NCBI GenBank assembly: GCA_963837955.1
Contig: CAWIPH010000002.1
Coordinates: forward strand, 4,448,001-4,512,000
Direction of reading: 5' to 3'
Length of the DNA stretch: 64,000 nucleotides
Source of the DNA: an uncultured Verrucomicrobiae bacterium
GTDB taxonomy: Bacteria; Verrucomicrobiota; Verrucomicrobiia; Chthoniobacterales; JAFAMB01
Shown here piece by piece: positions 30,973-41,145 of this stretch. Every line of letters starts with the position of its first letter. Position 1 is the stretch's first letter. The notes under the pieces are model-generated. The model saw only the letters and a list, made by a program, of their open reading frames with translations. It had not been told where the DNA came from and searched no databases. Both the position numbers and the translations under genes were made by a program.

Positions 30973-31340
30973 AATATATTCTCGACTGTTGTTTGATGAT
31001 TCTTGCCTGATGGAACGCAGAGAATTTTTCCCTGCTCAGGATATTGGAAGCAATAAACCCCGTCATTTCAGCGGTCGGCCCGTTTTTGTCCCGATAGCCG
31101 TAAACGTCGTCCGAATTGGCTGTCGATTTGCCTCGCTTACAGATCGTTAAAACCTCACGCCAAGTCGCCAAGACGCATTTTCAATTTTCACAAAAGTGCG
31201 CAGAGACAGAGAAGACTTTTTTTAACAGGAGCTCACAGAGATAACGGAGAAACCGGGTCTCACGCAAAGTCGCAAAGGCGCAAAGACGGATTTTAAACAG
31301 AAGGTGACGAAGGGACCTTCTCTGCGCTCACGCGCCGGGG

Positions 31341-31917
31341 TGCAGGTTCAGAACATAGGTAACACAATAGGTTCAATACATAGGTAACACTTTTGGGCGG
31401 AAGAGCGCTAAAAGAAGCGCTCATGCCCTGGAAGAAGAGTGAACCTATGGAGCAGAGAGTAGAATTTGCGTTGCGGGCGCTAAGGGCGGAGAACTTTCGG
31501 GCACTGTGCCAGGAATACGGGATCAGTGCCAAGACCGGCTATAAATGGCAGGAGCGCTTCTTACGCTTTGGGATCGGAGGGATGGAAGAAGCATCGCGCC
31601 GGCCCCATAATCATGCGGACCAACTTGGGGAAGCGGAGGTCTGTGCGATCGTGAGCTTGAAAGTAGCTCACCCTCGGTGGGGACCACGCAAGATTCGGGA
31701 GCTGTACTTGCGTCAGCATGGCGAGGTGGCCAGCGAAAGCAGCTTTAAGCGAGTCTTAGAGCGAGCTGGGCTTACTGAGAAGCGCAAGCGCCGTCGGATC
31801 GTGGCCCAAGGGGGCAGATTGAGCAGCGGCCGAAGAGCCCAGGCAGTCAACGAAGTCTGGACGGTAGATTTTAAGGGCTGGTGGAGGACCAGAGCCGGCC
31901 GCTGTGAGCCCTTGACG
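31341..31917 (+). mobile_element. IS481-family element, left end and 5' part of the transposase only
   Basis: Duplicated acataggtaacac end motif (31344-31365, 31369-31390); ORF from 31423 MPWK...LC.EYGIS.KTGYKW..R, WGPRKI, WTVDFKG, broken after GRCEPLT. Confidence 0.85.
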
Positions 31918-32067
31918 AACCGATGTTCTGACTGCTCCCCGGGCGCTACTGGCTGCTCACCGCTTACTGCTTACTGCTTACTGCTTACTGCTTACTGCTT
32001 ACCAATCACGAATCACCAATCACCTCTCACTGCCTCCCCTTTGCGTCTTTGCGTCTTTGCGTGAGAT

Positions 32068-33402
32068 TCATTTTTCATGCGCTTCGCACGAACCACAGGC
32101 GGAGACTAACAATTGCTTGGCAAGCTCCAACAGCGATTGGGCCGGCGTGTAGCTAGCGTGGAGCAGGCAGAGTCTTCCATTGGTCGTCGTCACGCCAATC
32201 GTCTGGGCGCCTTCGAAGCCAGCGAAAACTATCGGACCCCATATCGCCTCCAACCTTAGTTCGCCGAAGCCGGTGTCGTAGCGGAGGTTGCCGAGATTGG
32301 TTAGACAAATTTCATAAGCGAATTTGTGCGCCATGATCTGCGTCGCTGTCTGCACATCGAGTCCATTCGACACAACCTGGTACAAGGAGTTGGTGAATGC
32401 GACAGCACCGTCCAAGGTTCGCGCTGGAGCCAAGCTAGTCGTTATGTGACGTGCAACATCCCAAAAAGCAGCCAAGTCTTGCGGATCGGTTGAGACAATT
32501 TTAGAAGCAGCTAATAGCGCGCAGTCCTCACCCAGGCCCAGCAATTTTCTCATGTCTATGGGTGACCAAATCCGAATTGGATCTTTGTTCGATCTACCGC
32601 GGATTTGCCTAAAGGCCAGTGCTACGGCCGAGCAGAGCGCTCCATGCACAGTGGTTCCTTCTTCTCGCGCTTTTTCCCGAAGCGTGCTGGTTAATTCAGG
32701 CGCTAACTGCAATCCCTTAACCCATGGCAACGAACCATCGTCCTTCCGATAGATTGCCGGTTTTCCGGGCGGCATCAAATTGGACTCTTGACTGGGCGCC
32801 GCCTGGTTGACTAGGCGCGCGGTGATACCAAGTATTTCTTCCGACGTCGGGACGACGGGCAGCGAATCGAGTCGCATACCAACCATTGCTTGCAGCGTGT
32901 CGCGGATGACAAACGAGAGGGAGAGTCCATCCGCAATGGAGTGGTGTGCGGCCAAAATGTAGACCACTCGCTCCGCCTCATGGAGCAATACCGCTCGTAT
33001 TAGCGGCGCTTGTCGCGCATTGAAGGGCAGAGATAATTCTCGGCTGATTTCCGACTCCCACCCCAGGGTTGCATTGTCTCCTTCAATTACCCGAAGCGGA
33101 ATCGGTGCGCCGCTTACCTGACGAAAATGTGGATTGGGATCAGTCTCTATGCAGACGGACAAAAAAGGATGGCGCCGTTGGACCAAGTCGAGAGCGTTCC
33201 GCCAATTTTCGATCCGGGTATGTCCTTCAATCTGAGCGGCTAAAACAAAATGTCTCGGACTATTTTGATCGAGAAGCCATAACAATTGCTCGACCGCTCC
33301 GAGAGGACGAACGACAGCCGATGGAGAATCCTTGACTTCGGTGCGTGACACCTCGCGAGAGGCAAGCGCGGCGGCTAGTAATTCTTGCTCGGTAAACTTC
33401 AT
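32068..33402 (-). CDS. Stand-alone condensation-domain / CoA-dependent acyltransferase (PapA5-like)
   Basis: RPLG..E, RRHP.L, HHSIADG (HHxxxDG), TNLG. Confidence 0.8.
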   Translation of the reverse strand: MKFTEQELLAAALASREVSRTEVKDSPSAVVRPLGAVEQLLWLLDQNSPRHFVLAAQIEGHTRIENWRNALDLVQRRHPFLSVCIETDPNPHFRQVSGAPIPLRVIEGDNATLGWESEISRELSLPFNARQAPLIRAVLLHEAERVVYILAAHHSIADGLSLSFVIRDTLQAMVGMRLDSLPVVPTSEEILGITARLVNQAAPSQESNLMPPGKPAIYRKDDGSLPWVKGLQLAPELTSTLREKAREEGTTVHGALCSAVALAFRQIRGRSNKDPIRIWSPIDMRKLLGLGEDCALLAASKIVSTDPQDLAAFWDVARHITTSLAPARTLDGAVAFTNSLYQVVSNGLDVQTATQIMAHKFAYEICLTNLGNLRYDTGFGELRLEAIWGPIVFAGFEGAQTIGVTTTNGRLCLLHASYTPAQSLLELAKQLLVSACGSCEAHEK

Positions 33403-33647
33403 GTTTAGAGCAATAGAACCAGGATCCGGCGATCAAGTCGCCTTTTGTCCCAATTGCCGTAGTTACTGTCCCGATTCCCGGTGGGCGCAATTACAGGGGC
33501 AAGGCGCAGTGCTGCCGGCCTGTCCAACGACGTGTTCTCCGAAGCTTACTGAAGGAGAAACTTGCCGGAGTTTCAGGCGGCCAAGCGATGTCGGAGAAGG
33601 CCGAGATTGCTCCCGCGGCCGCGCACGTGGGTCAGTCCCGCAAAGGG

Positions 33648-33826
33648 GGAATAGGACTCAGCCCGGGGTTTTAACCCCGGGAAACGTGTTCCTAAATGTC
33701 GCGCCCTGAAAGTGGCGCTAGAACAGGTGTGGATTCACGCCGCGACATTGAATCCTAATGCCCCTACAGGGCATATCGTTAATATGTCTAATCCCGGGGT
33801 TAAAACCCCGGGCTGAGTCCTATTCC
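33648..33826. repeat. REPIN/PATE-like element with perfect 35-bp terminal inverted repeats
   Basis: 33648-33682 is the exact reverse complement of 33792-33826; each arm is itself palindromic. Confidence 0.85.
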
Positions 33827-33909
33827 GCCTTCGGGGGACTGATCAAGAGCTTCCTTATGTTGTCCCGCAGCTGTCAAAATAAGAGGAAGGATATGCGCCG
33901 AAAGGATTG

Positions 33910-34152
33910 GTCCCGCAGGGATTCAATGAAGCCCAGTACGAAGTGCTGGGAAATAATGCAAAAAGAGCCGTTCGTCCCGCAAGAGACGATAGAAGTGCTT
34001 TGGCTCCTGATCCTCCCATATGCGGCTTCACACCAAGGTAAGGAGCCCTCGATGCCGTCCCGTCTGAATGGGGACAGGCTGGGACGGCTCGTTTTTTTTA
34101 ACGTTACCCCAGCACTTCGTGCTGGGCTATTTTCGTTGAGTCCCTCCGGGAC
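33910..34152. repeat. Second REPIN-like element
   Basis: gcccagtacgaagtgctggg (33931-33950) inverted against cccagcacttcgtgctgggc (34108-34127); gtccc..ggga(c) hairpins at the ends. Confidence 0.7.
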
Positions 34153-34354
34153 GACTACTATTGGCGCACATCCTTCGTTACGTTGACGCGCATGCGTGGG
34201 TCGCGGGCACGCGAACGAATTTCCTGAGGCGAAGCATCAGGCTACGACTTATTAGCCGGCAATTGCGCGATTGCGGATTTATATTCCGCAATCGCAATTG
34301 GCTGTTTCAGTTTTCCACTAATCAGCGTTCGCTATTTTCGCAGCTGATTACTGG

Positions 34355-34561
34355 TTATTCGAACGCTTCGCGAACGGGTCTCGTCCGATGATAGATCGTT
34401 CTGCCAGCTGTTCTCGCCACGTTCGATATGGTATCACCTGTATCCACAGCCGCATCCCTTACGTGTCTCGCTGTCCAGTGGAGCGGCCCCTCTGCGTCGG
34501 CTCTTGACACCACATACGGCGACAGAAGCACGACGGCTAGTATTACATACATCTTCTTCAT
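34355..34561 (-). CDS. Small secreted hypothetical protein
   Basis: MKK + hydrophobic signal ending ADA. Confidence 0.6.
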   Translation of the reverse strand: MKKMYVILAVVLLSPYVVSRADAEGPLHWTARHVRDAAVDTGDTISNVARTAGRTIYHRTRPVREAFE

Positions 34562-34893
34562 ACTTGTTTAAAATATATATAGGTTTGACGTGCTTGCGAC
34601 CGAAGTTATTCGCTGTCTCGTGTTACCGAAACGCGCACGGCCGAAACTCGAGTTGTAAAGAATAGCGAGCGTTAATAGGCGGAGAAAAGGAAACGCTCAA
34701 TTGCGGAATGCATGATCCGTTCCCGGCGATCACGGCGTTCCCGGCGTTTCCGAGAGAGGGACACGTCTTAGCAAGCAACTCGGCCTGAAGACTTTTGATA
34801 TTATCGCGAGCCTCGGGTCGATTCCCAACAGCTTGAAAAAAAAGGCGCCGCATTCCGCGGTCACTCCCGCCTCCATTTGTCATCTGTCATTTG

Positions 34894-35172
34894 TCATGCG
34901 CTTCGCTGTCGCCTTTGGACGAAATCAATGTCCATCCAACTCGTGTTCGCTTCGCCCAACGTATTCAGCTGTTGTCCAGTGAGAGAGAACGACACTTCGA
35001 ATCCGTCGGCAGCGGTCAGCGTCACTATAAACGTCTTCGGATCGGACGCCCGTTCCACGCAAACCATATCAGCCGGATAGGCTAGGAGTTCCTTTTCCAC
35101 AATTTCTTTCGTGTGCACCGGCAGAGTTGAACGGGCAACTCCGGGCGACCACTCTTGCTGTTGATACTTCAT
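34894..35172 (-). CDS. Hypothetical protein
   Basis: 92-aa ORF with an upstream gagga; ends QRSA* in the repeat motif. Confidence 0.5.
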   Translation of the reverse strand: MKYQQQEWSPGVARSTLPVHTKEIVEKELLAYPADMVCVERASDPKTFIVTLTAADGFEVSFSLTGQQLNTLGEANTSWMDIDFVQRRQRSA

Positions 35173-35348
35173 TCTTTGTCAGTTCCTCGTATGGGGTTTG
35201 TTAACTTTCTAATGGTGACCGAAGTCGTTCTCGCATCGCCACCAAAGTTCGGAGCACTCAACACCTGGAATCGAAGAAGGGGCCGATTCTTGACCCAACT
35301 GGCGTATTCGTTGTTCTAGCGGTAGCCAGACAGCCCTCGGCCAGGGGA

Positions 35349-35581
35349 GATGACAAATGACAAATGACAAATGACAAATGACAAATGACAAATGACAGAT
35401 GACAAATACGCCAACGGCGTAACAGGACTCAGCCCAGGGTGGAGGCTTTGCGGAACCCTGGGTTAGGTCCCAATAACGCGTGTCGCTCTGACGGAGCGTA
35501 AGAAGCCGCTCCGCCCGAGAAGCGACGAGATCGCAGAAAAGATGCTCACACGGGATCGGTAAAGAATTTGTCATCTGTCAT
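35349..35581. repeat. Heptamer-bounded repeat unit (left direct repeat of the TA module)
   Basis: (atgacaa)n ... ttgtcatctgtcat; 35396-35581 closely matches 36362-36545. Confidence 0.85.
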
Positions 35582-35663
35582 TCGCGTCGAAGCTAACAAT
35601 GGGAGTGATTGACTCTGCAAATGAGCTGGGTAATACTCTTACTAGTAAGAGTAAGAACAATAC

Positions 35664-35900
35664 ATGAAAATAACGTCTAAAGGTCAGGTGACCATCCCCC
35701 AAACCTTGCGGGAGCGGTTCGGGCTTTTGCCAAATACCGAGGTTGAGTTCGTCCCGACTGCAAATGGTAAGGAGTTGCGCCTGGTGAAATCCTCGAAGCC
35801 ATCGAACCGTGGTCGAGCGCTCGTCGAACGCCTGCGCAGACGAGGTACGGGCAAACGCTCCACGGACGAGCTGCTTAAACTGATGAGAAGCGAGTCGTAA
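35664..35900 (+). CDS. AbrB/MazE/SpoVT-family antitoxin
   Basis: MKITSKGQVTIP..LRE.FGL. Confidence 0.92.
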   Translation: MKITSKGQVTIPQTLRERFGLLPNTEVEFVPTANGKELRLVKSSKPSNRGRALVERLRRRGTGKRSTDELLKLMRSES

Positions 35901-35906
35901 GGCTCT

Positions 35907-36338
35907 ATGAAGATCCTGGTCGACAGTAGCGTTCTTCTGGATGTCCTGACCCAGGATCCGCACTGGGCAGCGTGGTCCGAAGAGAAACTCGCGGCGCATG
36001 CTGAACGCGATCTACTGGCGATTAATCCCATCATTTACGCAGAGGTCTCCGCACACTTCAGCAGCATAGAAGAACTCGACCAGGCGCTTTCTCCCGAGGA
36101 TTTTGAGCGTTTGCCGTTGCCCTATGAAGCCGGATTCCTAGCCGCCAGGTGTTTCCTGCTGTATCGCCGCCGAGGAGGCCAAAAGCACGCGCCGTTGCCA
36201 GATTTTTACATCGGTGCCCATGCTGCTACCGATGGGCTAACGCTCCTGACTCGTGATGTATCCCGGTACCGCACATATTTCCCCTCCATCCAGCTAATCG
36301 CCCCAGAAGGGCGAAGTGGCGAAGCGCATGGCAGATAG
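35907..36338 (+). CDS. PIN-domain (VapC-like) toxin
   Basis: LVDSSVLLD, YAEVS, PLPDFYIGAHA, LLTRD. Confidence 0.92.
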   Translation: MKILVDSSVLLDVLTQDPHWAAWSEEKLAAHAERDLLAINPIIYAEVSAHFSSIEELDQALSPEDFERLPLPYEAGFLAARCFLLYRRRGGQKHAPLPDFYIGAHAATDGLTLLTRDVSRYRTYFPSIQLIAPEGRSGEAHGR

Positions 36339-36600
36339 TCAGAGCTAATGACAAATGAAATCAGATGACAAATACGCCAACGGCGTAACAGGACTCAGCC
36401 CAGGGTGGAGGCTTTGCGGAACCCTGGGTTAGATCCCAATAGCGTGTCGCTCTGAAAGAGCGTAAGAAACCGCTCCGCCCGCGAAACGACGAAATCGCAA
36501 AAAACACGCTCAGACGGAATCGGTAAAGAATTTGTCATTTGTCATCTGTCATTTGTCATTATCTGCTATTTGCTATCTGCTATCTGCTATGCGCTTCGCC
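36318..36600. repeat. 283-bp unit with 12-bp terminal inverted repeats GGCGAAGCGCAT/ATGCGCTTCGCC
   Basis: Exact TIRs at 36318-36329 and 36589-36600, overlapping the 3' ends of both flanking genes. Confidence 0.85.
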
Positions 36601-37051
36601 TAACCTGGTATTCGTGCCAAATCAGGACCATCACAAAGAGGTCGAACACCGTAAGCGCCAGCAGCCCGGCTCCGTGCGTGTAAGAGAAGCGGTAAAGCTG
36701 ATAGACAATAAAGAGTCCCAATACAATCAGGGATGCCGGATATGCCCAGAGTTTGTTCCTGAGCAGACCGACGACAAGCAGCAGCTTCACCATGCCGTGG
36801 CTTATCAGATAAAAGGCATAGAAATTTTTCGTCTCAACTGAGAAATTCTGCGCAGCGGCGAGCAAATGTGTCGCGATGAAATCCTTCGGATTTTCGATCA
36901 ACTCCTCTTGGGTTAGCATATTGACGAGGTTTTTGATCGAGCTTGTGCTGACCAAAGCAAAGGCTACGCCAGCGAGGCATTCAATCAGCGCGGAGGCACC
37001 TTTTAGCAGGACACTTACCTGAAAAATCTGATGAATTCGTTTTTCATTCAT
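36587..37051 (-). CDS. DUF2127-like membrane protein
   Basis: F..SV.LKG....IE, Q.EL.E.P.D.IA, YL.SHG.VK, WAYP, YQ.YR, W.EY. Confidence 0.8.
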   Translation of the reverse strand: MNEKRIHQIFQVSVLLKGASALIECLAGVAFALVSTSSIKNLVNMLTQEELIENPKDFIATHLLAAAQNFSVETKNFYAFYLISHGMVKLLLVVGLLRNKLWAYPASLIVLGLFIVYQLYRFSYTHGAGLLALTVFDLFVMVLIWHEYQVRRSA

Positions 37052-37086
37052 GCCTATGTCAGGATCCATGTCACCACCTTGATAGG

Positions 37087-37490
37087 GGCGAAGCGCATGA
37101 CAAATAGCAAATAGCAGATAGCAAATGAAGGCCTGACGGACCTGTTGAAATAACCGGATGGGACATGGGCTGTTACTCCTTCAGCGCAGAACCCCAAAAG
37201 CATCGAGGACAGCTTGCCCGCCATAGTCCCGTCCTTTGACCGAATACAAGATAACAGGCTTCAGTGCGACGGCGGCGGGAGCACGACGACGAGGACGAGA
37301 ACGATTCCAAAATTTCGGAATTCAGGCTCAATGGATCATATTTGCTATCTGCTATTTGCTATTTGTCATGCGCTTCGCCTAGGGCTTTGCGGAACCCTGG
37401 GTTAGATTGCTCCGCCCACGAAACGACGAGATCGCAGGGAACACGCCCGCTCATCAATTTGTCATCTGTCATTTGTCATTTGTCATCTGT
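37087..37490. repeat. TIR-bounded unit (37087-37379) plus trailing repeat fragments
   Basis: GGCGAAGCGCAT at 37087, ATGCGCTTCGCC ending at 37379. Confidence 0.8.
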
Positions 37491-37517
37491 TCCGCCCAGC
37501 CGCTATGCTCCAACTCA

Positions 37518-39258
37518 TCATTCCGCCTTACCGATCCCACCTTCCTGGTAGGCCTTCTGTAAAACGTAAAAAGCTTTCTTCTTTTCACCCTGATCGGAGA
37601 TGAGTCCCTTTCGATTGAAATAGTCCTGAATCCCAGGCAACGGCCGGCGCGGTGAACGGAAATCCATCAAGATCCAAGGACTCATACCTCGCAATTGGCG
37701 AATACCGTTGAGCATACGCAGTTGGTGCCGGTAGATATTGGCTTGATACTCTTCGGTCCAGCGCGTATCGGCATCGCCGTGGAGACCATATTTCGCCTCT
37801 CCACCGAATTCGCTGACAATCAGCGGCTTATCGTAAGCGATCTTCCAGACGGTTTTGTCGGCGTCCTCCGGTTTGTGCTCATACCATCCGATGTACTCAT
37901 TAAATCCAATGACATCGAGCGCTTCGCCAAGGGGGTCGTCGATGATCTTCGTCATACCGTCCGTGCGCACCAAAAGCGCGGCTGCCACCAGACGCGTGGG
38001 ATCTTGCTCGCGGGTTTTTGCGGCCAACGTTTTCAGAAATTGAATGCGGGCGGGAGTGACCGGCGTTTCGTTGGCCACTGACCATAACACGACGGATGCT
38101 TTGTTCCGGTCGCGTCGTATCATCTCATGCAACTGTTGTTCGGCCTTGGCCAGCACGGCGGGATTGTCGAATCCAACAGCCCAATAGACCGGAATTTCCG
38201 ACCAGACCAAGATTCCCAATCGATCGGCCAAGCGCGTCATGCGCTGATCGTGCGGATAGTGCGCGAGGCGGACAAAATTTGCACCCAACTCCCGTACCCA
38301 GCGAAGTAACGTGTTCGCATCCTCATCGCTGTAGGCACGTCCGGTACGATACGGCGCCTCGGCATGAATGCAGATACCACGCAGAAAAATGGGTGAGCCA
38401 TTGAGAAGAATCTCGGTGCCACGGACTTCGACCGTTCTGAAACCCATCTCATCTTCAAGCTCGTCCTGACCGGCTCGGATATGTATCCGATAGAGTCGGG
38501 GATGTTCTGGCGACCAGAGCTCTAGGTTGCTGGCCTGGAACTGGAATCTCGCCCGCCCATCTGTTCCCAAGCTGGCCGTTTCATTCACATTCAGTTCGGG
38601 AATACTGACGGTTACATGGGTTCCATTGGCTGCTCCTTCGAGGTGTACCCATCCCTCGATAGCGGTCTTGCTGCCCCGCTGCAGATGCAGATCGAAATCA
38701 TCAATGAATTCCTCCGGCACTTCGACCAGCAAAACGTCTCGGGTGATGCCTCCGTAGTTCCACCAATCCGTCTGCAGCGTAGGGATACCGTCGGCTAAGC
38801 GAGTGTTGTCGACTGCGATCACCACAAAATTCGAACCATCTTTGAGGGCGCTGGTTACCTCGGAGTCGAACGGAGTAAATCCACCCTCGTGTTCGCAGAT
38901 CTTCTTTCCATTCACCCAGACGTATGACCGGTAGTTGGCCGCACCAACGTGCAAGAACACTCGCTTCCCCGGTTTGCGTACATAGGAAAAATCCTTTTCG
39001 TACCACATCGATACCTTCGTAGAAGAACAGTGATTCACGCTGAGTGTTCCAATCGCCGGGCACATGGAGAGTCGGTGACTTTTGAAAGTCATACTCCACC
39101 GGCTCGCCACCCGGCTCTTGTTTTCCGTTCAGGAAATATCCGTCGGTCCGCGGTTTGCCGTGGAAGTTGTAAAGACCGGTCGCATACGGGTCTACGATCG
39201 TATGCCAATCACCGTTCAAGCTGATTGTTTGGCGATGGTCGATGTTCACTAAAACCAT
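37518..39258 (-). CDS. Glycoside hydrolase family 2 (beta-glucuronidase-like), one frameshift at ~39011
   Basis: ISLNGDW...VPGDWN in one frame, then WY.K.F, HEGGFTPF, DWWNYGGI.R, RLAHYP, WSVANE, SEFG, FNRKG in the next; one extra base joins the two. Confidence 0.88.
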
Positions 39259-39264
39259 AGGAGG

Positions 39265-39822
39265 GTAGGGCTGAGCTCCCGCTCGGCCGGAATCATCTCA
39301 CGCAAAGACGCAGAATAATCTCACGCAAAGACGCAAAGACGCAAAGGGAGGACGTGAAAAGTGAGAGGTGATCGGTGATTGGGTGAACGGAGCGACGTGC
39401 AGTGGAAGGTCCTAAACGTCTAAAACAGTAAATAGCCGCAAAAGAACACAAAGAGCACAGAGAATTCCACCGTTCGGCTGAGCCCAAGTCTAAGGCCTTT
39501 GCTTCCTTCTGTTCAAAAAGTCTTCGGGGTCTCACGCGAAGACGACAAAGAGGGAAAGTGAGAAGGGATCGGTGATTGGTGAACGGAACACGGCGGTTGT
39601 TGCGCAGAGAATTTTGTCCAGCCCGCCTACCGTCTCCTGGATCCAAATACTAAATCCTAGCTCCTCTCGCGATTTGTCATCTGTCATCTGTCATCTGTCA
39701 TTTGTCATTTGTCATTTGTCATGCGCTTCGCCCGACACCGCTCCGTTCACCAATCACCAATCACTTCCTTCCTTTGCGTCTTGGCGTCTTTGCGTGAGAT
39801 TATTCTGCGTCTTTGCGTGAGA
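39265..39822. repeat. Mosaic repeat module
   Basis: GTAG-hairpin at 39265, forward and inverse octamer arrays, heptamer runs. Confidence 0.85.
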
Positions 39823-39840
39823 TCATTTCCGGTTTTCCGT

Positions 39841-40629
39841 TCACTTGCTGCTCACAAGCGAATAAAGGTGGCGGCGCAAATTAGGGGAAACAACCGCCAA
39901 GATTCCAGCGAACAACAAAAGCGAAACGGTGTTCGGCTCCGGAACAGCCTCGACGATCCTGGCATTGTCGAGTCCCAAGTCCCATACATTCAGTGACGGA
40001 TAAGCGTAACCTGGCGTTCCGAGTTCCAAACCGATCGTTTCAATATTGCTCATGAGCGTCCGCCAATCCGCGTTGCTCCCAGGGGTGCCGTTTCCACGCA
40101 GTAGAACCCAACCTTTTGGAATCGTCGTGGAGTCAGCATCCAAATTGTAATCATAAGTCTTCCATCCAACTGGTAACTTGGAGATGTTGGCGCCGACATA
40201 GTATGCTTCCAACCCTTTGCTGAAGTCCCCGGTACCGAGAGTTGTCCGTAGATCGAGAGTCATATTGCGATGAGGCGCCTGCGTCCCCGCAAAAATATTG
40301 ACGTCAAAGCTCATCGCGGTCACGTCATCTGCATAGTAGTTGCCCAGGAAATGCGTATTCGTCGTGCCTATCGGCACATACCAAGTTGGAACAGAACCTG
40401 CAAATTGGCCGCGCAAATAAGCACCTGGATTTCCGCCCGATGGTTGGATCTGAAGAGGTCTCGAAGGATCGCCGGTCAGATGCCAATTTCCGTCGTCGCT
40501 CCCGTTGTCAAACGTCTCTGTAAAATCTGCCAGAGCGCTGCCGCCGACAGATAACAGGAGAAATGGCACCGCCAGGTACAGACGACCGAATATTGCAGGA
40601 AAAAGAGATCTTTTGAATGAGTTAACCAT
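39841..40629 (-). CDS. PEP-CTERM sorting-signal surface protein
   Basis: Signal peptide ending ALA; C-terminal VPEP + hydrophobic helix + RR. Confidence 0.85.
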   Translation of the reverse strand: MVNSFKRSLFPAIFGRLYLAVPFLLLSVGGSALADFTETFDNGSDDGNWHLTGDPSRPLQIQPSGGNPGAYLRGQFAGSVPTWYVPIGTTNTHFLGNYYADDVTAMSFDVNIFAGTQAPHRNMTLDLRTTLGTGDFSKGLEAYYVGANISKLPVGWKTYDYNLDADSTTIPKGWVLLRGNGTPGSNADWRTLMSNIETIGLELGTPGYAYPSLNVWDLGLDNARIVEAVPEPNTVSLLLFAGILAVVSPNLRRHLYSLVSSK

Positions 40630-40812
40630 GAAATGTCCCGTTTGTAGATGAAAGGGAAAAACCTGATTAAAACGACTAGATGCAAGCAAGCAGAAAGAGA
40701 ACGATCTGGGGACTGCTGAACAAAGAGTAGATCTACTACAATTATTATAAGTTCAGATCTAATAGCCGCGATACGCGTCGAATCGTTTCGATAAGAACAC
40801 GCCAAGATGCCC

Positions 40813-41124
40813 GGTAGGGCTGAGCTCCCGCTCGGCCGGAATCACCTCACGCAAAGTCGCCAAGACGCAAAGACACATTTAAACTGCGCACAAGAGCTCG
40901 CGGAGACCAAGAAGACCTTTTTTAACAGGAGCTCACAGAGATAACGGAGAAAACCGGATCTCACGCCAAGGCGCAAAGACGCAAAGACGGATTTTAAACA
41001 GAAGTTAGCAAAGACGGTCGGTACTGACTACCGGTCAGAGCGCTTCCATCTGCAATCTGTCATTTGTCATCTGTCATGCGCTTCGCCCGCTATTTGCTAT
41101 CTGCTATCTGTCATGCGCTTCGCC
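40813..41124. repeat. Mosaic repeat module
   Basis: GTAG-hairpin, octamer/nonamer arrays, two atgcgcttcgcc ends. Confidence 0.85.
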
Positions 41125-41145
41125 AGTTCCCATTTCCGACCCGGA

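Noticed and set aside
39000..39025. Programmed ribosomal frameshifting in GH2, patatin or AraC
   Set aside because: No slippery heptamer or stimulatory structure was seen; multiple scattered indels are better explained by sequencing error.
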